DNA of 64,000 nt from an uncultured Clostridia bacterium (lineage in GTDB: Bacteria > Bacillota > Clostridia > Christensenellales > UBA3700). The notes below the pieces were generated by a model. The model searched no databases, was not told the origin of the DNA, and was given only the letters and a program-made list of their open reading frames with translations. Both the position numbers and the translations under genes were made by a program. Within the stretch, counting starts at the first letter, position 1, and every line of letters begins with the position of its first letter. This document shows, piece after piece, positions 1 through 9,645 of this stretch. The stretch is taken from positions 16,814 through 80,813 of the forward strand of contig CAMBZZ010000004.1 in assembly GCA_945872615.1 (NCBI GenBank). The letters are read 5' to 3'.

Positions 1-133
1 TCTCGTACACGCCTAAGACGCATACAAGTACTCCCACAAGGTCGGCAAAAGCGACTTCTATCTGCCTCAGACCAAGCAAAGTGCCTAAAACTATCCCCAA
101 CAATACCACCGCGGTGGCAATTCTCTTCCACAT
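1..133 (-). CDS. cdsA: phosphatidate cytidylyltransferase CdsA, N-terminal fragment (continues past the window start)
   Basis: Minus-strand ATG at 133, one nt after the uppS stop. Translation is MWKRIATAVVLLGIVLGTLLGLRQIEVAFADLVGVLVCVLGVYE, a hydrophobic CdsA-like N-terminus. uppS-cdsA synteny supports the call. Not in the ORF track because it is truncated. Confidence 0.55.
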   Translation of the reverse strand, partial: MWKRIATAVVLLGIVLGTLLGLRQIEVAFADLVGVLVCVLGVYE

Positions 134-134
134 A

Positions 135-839
135 TCAACTCAACCTCGCTATCTTGCCAAAACGCCTATCTCGCTTGGCGTATTCGGCTAATATCTCTTC
201 TAATGTGCTACGATCAAAATCAGGCCAATATTTATCCAAAAAAATCAGTTCGCTGTATGCGCATTGCCATATCAAAAAGTTGCTCAGCCTCTTCTCGCCT
301 CCGCTCCGCACGATTACGTCGGGGTCGGGAATGCCGTAAGTGTACATACAATCGCTCATACTGTCCACGTCGATTTGAGTTATGCCCGACTGAATTATAT
401 TGTTGACCGCATTGACTATCTCTTGCCTACCGCCGTAGTTGATGGCAACGCTGACGCACATACCGCTATTGCCCTTGGAGGCAGCAACGATTTTTTCTAA
501 AGCCTTACGAGTGGGCTCCGGCAGTTGGGTCACGTCGCCCAAAATGCGAATTCTATAACCTTTTTCGCTATATTCTTGCAATTCCCCCTCGGCAAACTTC
601 TTGATAAGAGAGAAAAGTTCGTCTATCTCTTCTTGCGGTCTCGCCCAATTTTCGGTAGAAAAAGCGTAAAACGTGACGTAACGAATGCCCATAGCATCAC
701 ACTCGTTAATCATTCTTTTCATTGCTTTGACACCCTCTCTATGTCCCATTTTGCGAGGAAGCAATCTCTCTTTTGCCCATCTACCGTTGCCGTCCATAAT
801 AAAGGCAACGTGCGTTGGAATATTTCTATTTTCCGTCAT
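135..839 (-). CDS. uppS: undecaprenyl diphosphate synthase (cis-prenyltransferase)
   Basis: ORF 135..851. FIMDGNGRWA and STENWxRP motifs. The codon at 851 is TTG; the ATG at 839 has GGAG 4 nt upstream. frr-uppS-cdsA synteny. Confidence 0.93.
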   Translation of the reverse strand: MTENRNIPTHVAFIMDGNGRWAKERLLPRKMGHREGVKAMKRMINECDAMGIRYVTFYAFSTENWARPQEEIDELFSLIKKFAEGELQEYSEKGYRIRILGDVTQLPEPTRKALEKIVAASKGNSGMCVSVAINYGGRQEIVNAVNNIIQSGITQIDVDSMSDCMYTYGIPDPDVIVRSGGEKRLSNFLIWQCAYSELIFLDKYWPDFDRSTLEEILAEYAKRDRRFGKIARLS

Positions 840-954
840 AAAACTCCACAACCTAGTCTTGCTAGTATCGGCAAGCCTAAAGTTAACGATAAATCAATCG
901 TCAACAATCGCCAATTCCAAAATAATTTGCAAAAAACTACGCGCAAAGCGTCAA

Positions 955-1530
955 TTAGACGCTCATTACTTCTTGCTCTTTTTCTTTGGTAAGTTTGTCC
1001 ACAAGCTCAATCTTTTCGGAGAGTTGCTTGTCAACGTCCTTTTCGTAGGTGCTTACTTCGTCCTCCGATATGAGATTATCTTTTTTGAGCTTCTTGATGC
1101 CGTCGTTGATGTCGCGACGAGCGTTTCTCATTTGGACCTTTATATTCTCGGCTGTAGCCTTGATTTGCTTGACGAGGTCTTTTCTTCTTTCTTGAGTAAG
1201 TTCAGGAAAAATCAAACGAATATTTTTGCCGTCGTTGTTAGGCGTCATACCGAGATTGGCGGCAATCAAAGCCTTTTCTACGTCTTTGAGAATACTCGTG
1301 TCCCATACGCTTATCATCAATACTCTTGCTTCGGGTATAGTGATATTGCCAACTTGCTTGATAGGCGTAGGGGTACCGTAATAGTCGACGGTCACCTTGT
1401 CAAGGACGTGTGCGTTGGCTCTTCCCGCTTTGAGGGTCATAAACTCGTGTTTGAGGCTGTCGATACTCTTGCTAAGTCTTGTGTCGTACTCGTCGAACAA
1501 TTCCAAAACTTCAATACTTTCGTAACTCAT
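955..1530 (-). CDS. frr: ribosome recycling factor
   Basis: 191 aa, RRF-like over its full length (ANLGMTPNNDG, charged helical C-terminus). AAGGAG SD upstream of the ATG. pyrH-frr synteny. Confidence 0.95.
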   Translation of the reverse strand: MSYESIEVLELFDEYDTRLSKSIDSLKHEFMTLKAGRANAHVLDKVTVDYYGTPTPIKQVGNITIPEARVLMISVWDTSILKDVEKALIAANLGMTPNNDGKNIRLIFPELTQERRKDLVKQIKATAENIKVQMRNARRDINDGIKKLKKDNLISEDEVSTYEKDVDKQLSEKIELVDKLTKEKEQEVMSV

Positions 1531-1559
1531 ATAAAACTCCTTAAATAATTATATATAGC

Positions 1560-1588
1560 ATTATACCAAATATAATCGCTTTTTTCAA
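1560..1588 (-). promoter_or_regulatory. candidate sigma-A promoter for frr (TTGAAA-N17-TGgTATAAT)
   Basis: Minus strand reads TTGAAAaaagcgattatatttggTATAAT, with an extended -10 TG. It lies about 30 nt upstream of the frr SD. Confidence 0.5.
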
Positions 1589-1763
1589 TATTATTTTATC
1601 AAAATATTTTTTGTTTCCCAAGTGGCGATTTTAATGTAATTAACTAAAAATATTGAAGCAAAATTGTAAAGCGTCAACTTCGATTTGAATAGTAAAAATC
1701 GATAACTAATTATTATATATTTATCAAAATTATTATAAATTTAGCGATAATTCATAATAATTT

Positions 1764-1800
1764 GAAGAAAATGACCTTCAAAATAACGTTTTGAAGGTCA
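1764..1800 (-). terminator. rho-independent terminator downstream of pyrH
   Basis: 12-bp stem TGACCTTCAAAA / TTTTGAAGGTCA with a 5-nt loop. It is followed on the minus strand by TTTTCTTC. Confidence 0.7.
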
Positions 1801-1858
1801 AAGTTTAGTAAATTGTCAAAGCCAAAATTAGATTAATCTAAGAGCATAGCGGCTAAGA

Positions 1859-2554
1859 TTATTTGATAATCGTACCTATTTTTTCTCCGTTTAACGCCTT
1901 AACTATACTATCTTGCTCGTTGAGGGCAAAGACGATGATTGGAATATTATTTTCCATACAAAGCGATATTGCCGTGGTATCCATAGCCTGCAAGCCCTTT
2001 TTGATAACGTCTATATAAGCAATCTCATCCAACTTCTTTGCATCGGGATTTTTTCTCGGGTCACTATCGTACACGCCGTCGATATTCTTTGCACACAACA
2101 GCACGTCGGCATTTACTTCGGCAGCTCTCAAAGCGGCACCCGTATCGGTACTAAAGAACGGATTGCCCGTACCGCAAGCAAAGATAACTACTCTACCTTT
2201 TTCGAAGTGTCTGAGTGCTTTGCGAAGGATATAAGGCTCGGCTACTCTGGTGATAGTCAACGCCGTCTGCACTCTCGTAGGTATTCCAGCAGCCTCCAAA
2301 GCGTCTTGCATGGCGAGAGAGTTCATAACGGTAGCAAGCATGCCCATATGGTCGGCTGCCGATCTATCCATCGTTGGTGCTTGACGACCTCTCCAAAAGT
2401 TGCCTCCTCCAATGATTAGTCCTACTTCGATACCTTTTTCGGTAACCTTTTTGATTTGACTTACGACGTATTCTACCACGCTTTGGTCAATGCCAAAACC
2501 CTTTTCGCCAGCCAAAGCCTCTCCGCTAAGTTTGATAATCGCTCTCTTGTACAT
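1859..2554 (-). CDS. pyrH: UMP kinase
   Basis: 231 aa. Motifs [16 protein letters not shown] and [21 protein letters not shown]. Confidence 0.96.
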   Translation of the reverse strand: MYKRAIIKLSGEALAGEKGFGIDQSVVEYVVSQIKKVTEKGIEVGLIIGGGNFWRGRQAPTMDRSAADHMGMLATVMNSLAMQDALEAAGIPTRVQTALTITRVAEPYILRKALRHFEKGRVVIFACGTGNPFFSTDTGAALRAAEVNADVLLCAKNIDGVYDSDPRKNPDAKKLDEIAYIDVIKKGLQAMDTTAISLCMENNIPIIVFALNEQDSIVKALNGEKIGTIIK

Positions 2555-2585
2555 AACAATCTCCTTGTGTTACTTTATTAGTCAT

Positions 2586-2611
2586 AAAAAAGGGAAACAA
2601 AATCGTTTCCC
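2586..2611 (-). terminator. rho-independent terminator downstream of tsf
   Basis: Minus strand reads GGGAAAC-gatttt-GTTTCCC followed by TTTTTTAT. Confidence 0.7.
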
Positions 2612-2620
2612 TTAACAATA

Positions 2621-3511
2621 TTAGTTGTTAGCCTTTGCTTTTGCAATTTGCTCTTCAACTTCGTTGGCAAGATTCTCTTCTTTTTTCTCGAGACCTTCAC
2701 CCATTACGAAACGAGTAAATTTGATAACTTGTACGTCACCTGCGTTCTTGAGCACTTGCTTAACTGCAACTGCAGGGTCTTTGACAAAAGGTTGTTCTAC
2801 CAAACATATCTCCTTGAAGAACTTGTTGATACGACCCTCTACCATCTTTTCGATAACTTGAGGAGGCTTGTTGGCGTTCTTTTCGTCGTTGAGCGCGGTT
2901 GCCTTTTGAATTTCTCTTTCTTTCTCGACTTCAGCGGCAGGTACGTCTGCAACACCTACGTAGAGTGGGCTTGCAGCTGCGATTTGAAGTGCGACGTCGT
3001 GAGTAAGTTCATCGGAAGCATTGGCACTAGTCTCAACGGCTACGCCGATTTTGCCACCCATGTGAATGTAGGTGTCAACTTTGGTGTCTGCACCGACAAC
3101 GTATTTTGCATATCTTCTAATATCGATTTTTTCACCGATTTTGGCGATAGTCTCGGCAAGAAGGTCAGCCATAGCAGTCTTAACTTGTTCTACATCTGCA
3201 ACGTCGTTGTTTGCGATATACTTAGCAACTTCTACTACGAAGTCTTTGTATTGAGCTCCGCGAGCTACGAAGTCGGACTCGCAGTTAACTTCCAAAAGTA
3301 CTGCAACGTTGCCTTGAGTATAAGCTTCTACGATACCTTGCGAAGCAATTTTGCCCGCTCTCTTTACGCTGGTAGCCATTCCCTTTTCTCTGAGAATTTC
3401 TACAGCCTTTTCCATATCTCCGTCGGCTTCGGTAAGCGCCTTTTTGCAATCCATCATACCTACGCCCGTCTTAGCACGGAGGTCCATAACGTCTTTGTTT
3501 GTAAATGCCAT
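2621..3511 (-). CDS. tsf: translation elongation factor Ts
   Basis: 296 aa. N-terminal DLRAKTGVGMMDCKKAL UBA-like motif. AAGGAG SD. rpsB-tsf synteny. Confidence 0.96.
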   Translation of the reverse strand: MAFTNKDVMDLRAKTGVGMMDCKKALTEADGDMEKAVEILREKGMATSVKRAGKIASQGIVEAYTQGNVAVLLEVNCESDFVARGAQYKDFVVEVAKYIANNDVADVEQVKTAMADLLAETIAKIGEKIDIRRYAKYVVGADTKVDTYIHMGGKIGVAVETSANASDELTHDVALQIAAASPLYVGVADVPAAEVEKEREIQKATALNDEKNANKPPQVIEKMVEGRINKFFKEICLVEQPFVKDPAVAVKQVLKNAGDVQVIKFTRFVMGEGLEKKEENLANEVEEQIAKAKANN

Positions 3512-3525
3512 ATTATTTCTCCTTA

Positions 3526-4299
3526 TTATTCTGCTTCTACAGCTTCTGCAGGTACTTCTTCTTGAGCCTCGGCAACTGCCTCTTCGCTCTCTTCTTCCTC
3601 TTCTACAGAGAAAGTGATACCTTCTCTTGCTTCGATAACGGCGTTTGCCATAATGCTAGCGATGAGCTTGATTGCTCTGATGGCGTCGTCGTTGCCAGGG
3701 ATAACGTAGTCAACCATATCAGGGTCGCAGTTGGTATCTACGAGACCAACTACAGGTATACCGAGTTTTCTAGCTTCTTGAACGGCAATCTTTTCGTTGT
3801 TGATGTCAACTACGAACATTGCACCCGGCAAACCGTTCATATTCTTAATTCCGCCAAACTCGGATTCGAGGTTGTCACGAAGTTTTTTGAGTTCGGCAAC
3901 TTCCTTCTTAGGGAGAAGGTCGAATTGACCGATTGCTTCCATTTGATTAATTTTGTTGAGTTTTTCGATACGGGTCTTGATGGTCTTGAAGTTGGTAAGA
4001 GTTCCGCCCGGCCATCTGTCGTTCATGTAGAACATTCCGCAACGAATTGCTTCGTCCTTGATAGCGTCTTGAGCTTGTTTCTTGGTACCTACGAACAAGA
4101 TAGACTTGCCTTCTTTAGCAACGTCTCTTACGAAAGCGTATGCCTTCTCTACTTGTTCAACCGAGAGCGCAAGGTCAACGATATGAATATCGTTTCTTGA
4201 AGAATAGATGTACTTAGCCATCTTTGGATTCCACTTTTTGGTCTGGTGACCAAAGTGCACGCCAGCCTCTAAAAGGCTTTTCATTGTAACTACTGCCAT
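3526..4299 (-). CDS. rpsB: 30S ribosomal protein S2
   Basis: [19 protein letters not shown] motif. ORF track start 4329 trimmed to the ATG at 4299 ([10 protein letters not shown]), which has AAGGAG upstream. Acidic E/A-rich C-terminal tail. Confidence 0.95.
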   Translation of the reverse strand: MAVVTMKSLLEAGVHFGHQTKKWNPKMAKYIYSSRNDIHIVDLALSVEQVEKAYAFVRDVAKEGKSILFVGTKKQAQDAIKDEAIRCGMFYMNDRWPGGTLTNFKTIKTRIEKLNKINQMEAIGQFDLLPKKEVAELKKLRDNLESEFGGIKNMNGLPGAMFVVDINNEKIAVQEARKLGIPVVGLVDTNCDPDMVDYVIPGNDDAIRAIKLIASIMANAVIEAREGITFSVEEEEESEEAVAEAQEEVPAEAVEAE

Positions 4300-4402
4300 A
4301 AAAAAATCTCCTTGTTTTTTCTTCCCCAAAGCCTACGTAACGCACAACTTTTGGCAAAAAGCAACCGCACGATACTACTCCTTGGGTGATTTATCTTAGG
4401 TG

Positions 4403-4431
4403 AGTATATCATAATCAACAAATATTGGCAA
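4403..4431 (-). promoter_or_regulatory. candidate sigma-A promoter for rpsB-tsf (TTGCCA-N17-TATACT)
   Basis: Minus strand reads TTGCCAatatttgttgattatgaTATACT. It leaves an untranslated leader of about 100 nt before the rpsB ATG. Confidence 0.5.
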
Positions 4432-4462
4432 GGAATTTTGAGCATATTATATAAATATAATC

Positions 4463-4491
4463 AAAAAAAAAGACGCCTCATACGAGGCGTC
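4463..4491 (-). terminator. rho-independent terminator downstream of the DUF1292 gene
   Basis: Minus strand reads GACGCCTC-gtat-GAGGCGTC followed by T9. Confidence 0.85.
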
Positions 4492-4505
4492 ACGGATAAA
4501 CCCGA

Positions 4506-4850
4506 TTATTCTTTGTCGCAACAACCGCAATCGCAATCGCCGTCGCAATCACAGTCATCTCCGCAGTTACACTCAAACTCTTTTTCGTACTCTGCGTATA
4601 CCGCGTTGATGAGTTCTTCGTCTTCGAGCGGAACAAATAAATCGTTACCTTCTTCGTCACTCTCGATTTTGAAAATAAGCATCTCGTCTTCTTCGAGGTC
4701 GCCAAGTTCTACCGGTTGCAAAAAGATATACCAATCGTCCTTGTAATCGAGCGTGGCAATGTGGTTGAATTCCACTTCTTCGCCGTTGTCGCCCACAAGC
4801 GTAATAATCTCGTCTTCTTCCATCATTTCATCCTTAATTTCTTCTGACAT
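4506..4850 (-). CDS. DUF1292 / UPF0473 (YrzB-like) protein with a Cys/Asp-rich C-terminal tail
   Basis: 114 aa, acidic. The core (ITLVGDNGEEVEFNHIATLDYKDDWYIFLQP...MLIFKIE...LFVPLEDEEL) matches the YrzB-type pattern. GGAGG SD. It sits directly downstream of ruvX, as yrrK-yrzB does in Bacillus. Confidence 0.75.
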   Translation of the reverse strand: MSEEIKDEMMEEDEIITLVGDNGEEVEFNHIATLDYKDDWYIFLQPVELGDLEEDEMLIFKIESDEEGNDLFVPLEDEELINAVYAEYEKEFECNCGDDCDCDGDCDCGCCDKE

Positions 4851-4979
4851 AATACACCTCCATAGTTTATTTTATATTATATCCATACTTGGTATTTGTC
4901 AACAGTTATCTCAAAGTTTTAACTAAATTTGACATATATTTTTATAATTCGATATAATTTAGATATTTCTTTTAGGCTA

Positions 4980-5393
4980 TCAATGCGAGTGGCAATCGAG
5001 ATAGGTCTGCAAAATAATCGTTGCCGCTATCTTGTCGATGACTTGTTTGCGTTTTTCTCGTCTCACGCCTGCCTCAATGAGCATTCTTTCGCTGGTGACG
5101 GTGGTCAATCTCTCGTCTTGGTAATCGATTTTGGCGCTTACTTTTTGAGATAGCATTTGCCCGAATTCTTTGGCTTTTTGCACTCTTTCGCCGCTACTGC
5201 CGTCCATATTGACGGGAAGTCCTATAACGACAACCTCTACGCCGAGGTCTTTGACCAACTTGGCGATATAATCTATATCTTTGTCGGGGTCAACTCTCCT
5301 ATACGTCTCCAATCCCGTAGCGATAATGCCCATTATATCGCTGGTCGCTAAGCCTATTCTTACGTCTCCAAGGTCTATACTAAGATGTTTCAT
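4980..5393 (-). CDS. ruvX: YqgF/RuvX family putative pre-16S rRNA nuclease / Holliday junction resolvase-like protein
   Basis: 137 aa. LSIDLGDVRIGLA N-terminus and GLPVNMDGS motif. AAGGAG SD. Confidence 0.9.
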   Translation of the reverse strand: MKHLSIDLGDVRIGLATSDIMGIIATGLETYRRVDPDKDIDYIAKLVKDLGVEVVVIGLPVNMDGSSGERVQKAKEFGQMLSQKVSAKIDYQDERLTTVTSERMLIEAGVRREKRKQVIDKIAATIILQTYLDCHSH

Positions 5394-5401
5394 ACCACTC
5401 C

Positions 5402-7053
5402 TTATATCTCTATTTTGTCAAAATACTCAACCATTTTGTCCATTTTTCTAAAACAGAAAATAAAGAAAAACGCTACGGCTATTACCGCAACTACACCCCA
5501 GAAAATGAGCGACATAAGCCACTCTTGCATAGGCAAAAACGACATCGTTATGCCTAGTATCATCACGGCAATACCTCCGACAACGCATACTAACATAGGT
5601 ACGAGCGTACCCATATTGTTCTTACTGATTTGTTTGATATTGGTCCACTTGAGATTAGGCGCTTTGACGTCGCGCATCAGACAAAAACAGTTGAGCGGGA
5701 AAGTACAAGCAAACACGCCTATTATATACAAAATTTTGTTATACCAAGGCGTGCTGGACACCAATGCAAACACCGCACCGGACAAAATCACAGCCAATAG
5801 GGTCGTCAAGTCGCTGAGAGTAAGTTTGGCTTGAAGAATTTGTTTAGAAGTGACGGGCAAAGTTTTGGCAATAGAAAACTGCTCTCTATCCCTAGATATA
5901 CCTATGAGCGACATATAATTCATACCGCCTATCATCATAAAGCTGTAGAAGAAGCTCATGCCTAGTTCAAACATGCCAATGCAGAAGGTTTCGCCCTCTT
6001 CGGGTGAAGAGTTGCGACTCATAAAAGTAGAAATAAGAAGCATCGCAGGCGCCATAATCAGCATCATAAAGGTTTGAAGTGCGATAGATTGATCCCTCAT
6101 TACCCCCTTGAGTTCTCTCATTACGAGGGCTTTTTTGGTAGACATAGGCTCCGTCGACTTGACCTTCTTTTCTGTGGACGATACGCCCCCGCCCTCCGAC
6201 ATTTTGGATAGCGTAGACCTGTAGAATAATAGTGAGGTCAAAACGCCGATAGCCAACGCTACCAACGTAATAGCAAAGAAAATAGCAAGATTTTTGGCTA
6301 TTTGACTGCCCACCATAGCGAGTGCAAAACAGTAGGTCGGATAGAAATATCTGCCAAGCTTAGACATAACGCCAACTAGCGTCCCGCTAATATCCCCTTC
6401 GACTTCGCCGCCCATAGCCATGGAAGGCAAATATATAGCAAGCACGATACCTACCGTCAACAATGCGGTAATCAAGGCGGAAATCGTAGGATGCTTTTTG
6501 AAATAAGAAACTATTTTCATGATAGGGAAAGACAGTACCGATATTATCAATAGCGGCAAAAGCGGTATGAAAATCAGCGCAAAAGGTATCAATACGTAGT
6601 ATTCCGCCCCAAAACTGAAGCCTTCTCTTACAAACGCTACGGCTATCGTGATTATCGACGGCAAGATTATGACGGTAGATATTATCAAGTTGTTGAACAG
6701 CGAAACAATCAACTTGGACAAATATATCGCCGACGGCTTGACTGGCAACGTCATAAGTATCTCGTTGTCGTTGCCGAAATACATTATTTGCAGATACGAC
6801 GCCATACCCATAAATAGCACTGCAATCTGCGATGCAAGCAACATTACCGAGATAAAGTCGGCTACTATATTCATTTGGATAGCCATACTTGCGGCGTTGT
6901 AGATAGTGTATACCATCATCGCAAGCGGCATGGCAAATACCAATATTAGGATTATCGCGCTAACGATAAATTTTCGCTTGTCCTTTGCGTTTTCGAAGCG
7001 AGGCTTGAGATAATAGGACAAGTTAAATTTGGTCAAAGTCCAAAAGTTGTACA
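5402..7053 (-). CDS. multi-pass ABC exporter permease (ABC-2-like / putative ABC exporter family)
   Basis: About 550 aa with many hydrophobic segments. It follows an ABC ATPase gene, with the permease ATG 13 nt downstream of the ATPase stop. The ORF track start at 7069 is an ATT codon. The ATG at 7053 (MYNFWTL) has AGGAGG upstream. Confidence 0.65.
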
Positions 7054-7065
7054 TAACCCCTCCTA

Positions 7066-7815
7066 TCAATCGAAGTCCACGTCGGGCTCGCTATCGGCGT
7101 TGGTGACGGACAAGAAAAATTCTTCCAGCGACAACTGACTTGCATTGTCGTGCAATTTGTCCATATCCGATACCAAAAGCAATTTTCCTTTGTCAATAAT
7201 AGCTATCTTGTCGCACACCTTCTCTACCACTTCGAGCATGTGCGAGGAGAAAAAGACGCTGTTGTCCTCTTTGACGTGCTCTTTCATCAGTTCTTTGAGT
7301 ATAAACGCCGATTTTGGGTCAAGTCCCGTCAAAGGCTCGTCAAGCACCCACAATTTTGGTTTATGTACCAAAGCGCCGATAACGCATATCTTTTGTTTCA
7401 TACCGTGCGAAAAAGTACTGATAGACTTATCGTACACGTCGCCGAGTTCGAACATTTCCAGCAGCTTATCGACACGGCTCTTGCGGTCGTTGACGCCTAC
7501 TTTGAACATATCCGCCATAAAGTCAACGTACTCTCTTGCCGTAAGCTTGTCGTACATAAGATGATTGTCTGACACGTAACCTATATTTGACTTGACGGCG
7601 ATAGGGTCTTCTTGCAAGTTTTTGCCGTCAAGCACGATGCTGCCGCTATCAAAAGGCAGAATACCCATAAGACATTTGATAGTCGTAGATTTTCCCGCGC
7701 CGTTTGGTCCCAAAAAGCCGAATACTTCGCCTTCTTTGACCTCAAAGGTCACGTCTTGTACGGCGTATACGTCGCTGTTGGCGTATTTTTTGCTAAGATT
7801 GGTAATTTGTAACAT
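7066..7815 (-). CDS. ABC transporter ATP-binding protein
   Basis: 249 aa. Walker A GPNGAGKST, signature FSHGMKQK, Walker B LWVLDEP. AGGTGA SD. Confidence 0.92.
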   Translation of the reverse strand: MLQITNLSKKYANSDVYAVQDVTFEVKEGEVFGFLGPNGAGKSTTIKCLMGILPFDSGSIVLDGKNLQEDPIAVKSNIGYVSDNHLMYDKLTAREYVDFMADMFKVGVNDRKSRVDKLLEMFELGDVYDKSISTFSHGMKQKICVIGALVHKPKLWVLDEPLTGLDPKSAFILKELMKEHVKEDNSVFFSSHMLEVVEKVCDKIAIIDKGKLLLVSDMDKLHDNASQLSLEEFFLSVTNADSEPDVDFD

Positions 7816-7818
7816 AAT

Positions 7819-9117
7819 TCACCTGTTCTTTTTGATTTTTTTCTCTATCTTAGAGCGGAACATACCGCGTTCCTCCCCGTTGTCCGACGGCTCGTAGAAC
7901 TTCTCGTCCTTGAGTGAGTCGGGTAAATATTGTTGCTCCACCCAACCGCCGAAGTCGTGCGGATATTTGTATCCCTCAACCTTCTCCAACTTGTAGTTGG
8001 CGTCCCTGAGATAATACGGCACTTCGTCGTCGCTCTTGGTGGCAACAGTCTCTTCTACCGCATATTTTGCTCTAACAACGCTATTGGACTTTGGCGCTTC
8101 GCATACGTAGATAATTGCCTCGTACATAGGAATTTTGCCTTCGGGAAGTCCTAAATTTTTGAATGCGGTCAGTGCCGAAGTTGCCACTACCAAGGCTCTC
8201 GGGTCAGCCATACCCACGTCCTCACTACTGTGCACGACAAGCCGCCTCAGTATCAACATAGGGTCGCAACCCGCTTGAATAAGCCTCTCAGCCCAATAGA
8301 GTGCTGCGTCGCTATCGCTACCCCTCAACGATTTGCAAAAGGCGGAAATCATATCGTAATACAAACTTTCGTCCACGCATAGAGCCTTCTTTTGAATGGA
8401 TTGCGAGGCAATCTCCTCGTCTATGACAATCTTGCCGTCCTTATCGGGTGTCGTTGAGCAACATGCAAGTTCCAATGCGTTGAGTGCTACTCTCACGTCG
8501 CCGTCGCTCGCCCACACGAAGTGGCTGAGAGCCTTAGGCGTAACGGTTAAGTCGTAATTTCCGAGACCGTCTACGGTGTCATTTATCGCTCTTTCGATAG
8601 CCTTGGTCACGTCGTCGTCGCTAAGCTTCTTAAACTCAAAAATTCTGCACCTCGACACGATTGCCTTGGTCATGGAAACGAAAGGATTTTCGGTAGTTGA
8701 GCCTATAAATACGACGTGTCCTTGCTCTATCGCCGCCAGCATACAGTCGGACTGTGCCTTGTTCCACCTGTGACACTCGTCGAGCAAAAGATAGGTCTTA
8801 GTGCCGTAGAGTTCCAATTCCGTCTTAGCTTCGTCAATGACTTTTTTGGCTTCGGCAATGCCGCTTGATACGGCGTTGAGTTTGACAAACCTACTGCTAG
8901 TCGTGTTGGCAATAATATTGGCAAGAGTTGTCTTTCCACATCCCGGTGGCCCGTAAAATATGCAACTACCCAACGTATCGGTCATTATGGCTCTGCGAAG
9001 CAAGCTACCCTTGCCTACTATGTGACTTTGTCCCACGAAGTCGTCAAGCGAGGTAGGTCTCATTCTTTCGGCAAGAGGCGCCGATTTTTGGGGTAAGTTA
9101 TCGAATAAAGTATTCAT
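7819..9117 (-). CDS. rarA: replication-associated recombination protein A (AAA+ ATPase RarA/MgsA)
   Basis: 432 aa. PLAERMRPTSLDDFVGQ, Walker A GPPGCGKTT, and the C-terminal MgsA-type domain (YYDMISAFCKSLRGSD...ALYWAERL). Confidence 0.93.
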   Translation of the reverse strand: MNTLFDNLPQKSAPLAERMRPTSLDDFVGQSHIVGKGSLLRRAIMTDTLGSCIFYGPPGCGKTTLANIIANTTSSRFVKLNAVSSGIAEAKKVIDEAKTELELYGTKTYLLLDECHRWNKAQSDCMLAAIEQGHVVFIGSTTENPFVSMTKAIVSRCRIFEFKKLSDDDVTKAIERAINDTVDGLGNYDLTVTPKALSHFVWASDGDVRVALNALELACCSTTPDKDGKIVIDEEIASQSIQKKALCVDESLYYDMISAFCKSLRGSDSDAALYWAERLIQAGCDPMLILRRLVVHSSEDVGMADPRALVVATSALTAFKNLGLPEGKIPMYEAIIYVCEAPKSNSVVRAKYAVEETVATKSDDEVPYYLRDANYKLEKVEGYKYPHDFGGWVEQQYLPDSLKDEKFYEPSDNGEERGMFRSKIEKKIKKNR

Positions 9118-9123
9118 AAAATT

Positions 9124-9152
9124 ATTATATAATCTAATACATATTAAGTCAA
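9124..9152 (-). promoter_or_regulatory. sigma-A promoter TTGACT-N17-TATAAT placed 6 nt before the rarA ATG (leaderless layout)
   Basis: Minus strand reads TTGACTtaatatgtattagattaTATAATaattttATG. There is no SD. Confidence 0.6.
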
Positions 9153-9300
9153 TAACAATCGTATTTCTTTAGTATGCTATTATACATTTATATCAAGCGT
9201 TATATCAGCGCTAGGAAAGTTGTGATAGTCTCCTCGAAACTTACAATATCAAATATGGTTTGTAGAATATTAACTTGAAGTAAATATATTGCAATCTTGC

Positions 9301-9324
9301 AAAAAAAATCACCCTGACGGGTGA
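9301..9324 (-). terminator. rho-independent terminator of rnpB
   Basis: Minus strand reads TCACCC-gtca-GGGTGA followed by T8, immediately after the P1 3' strand. Confidence 0.85.
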
Positions 9325-9640
9325 GGAGATAATCTATAAGCCGAGTTCTGTAATCGATGTTCATCTATCTAGACGCATTGTTGCCAATACGTTCGAGCGA
9401 TTGTCTGACCGGCAGGCTACCGATAGTCATTGTCTCTTGCACCGAGTGGGGTTTACATTGCTCCCCAAGTCGCCTTGGGGACGGTGAGCTCTTACCTCGC
9501 CTTTCCATCCTTACCCTTGCGGGCGGTCTATTTCTGTTGCACTTTCCTTCAGGTCACCCTGACTGGTAGTTAGCCAGCACTCTGCCTTGCGGTGCTCGGA
9601 CTTTCCTCAAGCAAAGCTTGCGAACATCCGACTATCTCCG
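9325..9640 (-). ncRNA. rnpB: RNase P RNA, bacterial type A
   Basis: The minus strand contains GAGGAAAGTCCGAGC (P4 5' strand), GTGCAACAGAAATAGACCGCC, GGGTAAGGATGGAAAGG, GGTAAGAGCTCACCG and ACAGAACTCGGCTTAT (P4 3' strand). P1 pairs GGAGATA (5') with TATCTCC (3'). It has its own promoter and terminator. Ends are approximate to within a few nt. Confidence 0.92.
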
Positions 9641-9645
9641 TTATC

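Noticed and set aside
685-1548. 287-aa plus-strand ORF covering the frr region
   Set aside because: It is antisense to frr, which has clear family motifs and an SD. The translation is low-complexity and leucine/phenylalanine-rich with no motif. This is a typical shadow ORF.
1531-1858. 328-bp AT-rich gap between pyrH and frr, examined for an sRNA or small gene
   Set aside because: It is explained by a pyrH terminator (1764-1800) and a frr promoter (1560-1588). The remainder is AT-rich with no ORF, SD or conserved-looking structure.
2648-3565. 305-aa plus-strand ORF antisense to tsf
   Set aside because: Shadow ORF of a highly conserved gene, with no SD and no recognisable domain.
5402-7069. 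ORF-track start of the ABC permease at 7069, overlapping the ATPase gene
   Set aside because: That codon is ATT. The ATG at 7053 has a strong AGGAGG SD.
9357-9569. 70-aa plus-strand ORF
   Set aside because: It lies entirely inside the RNase P RNA gene on the opposite strand.
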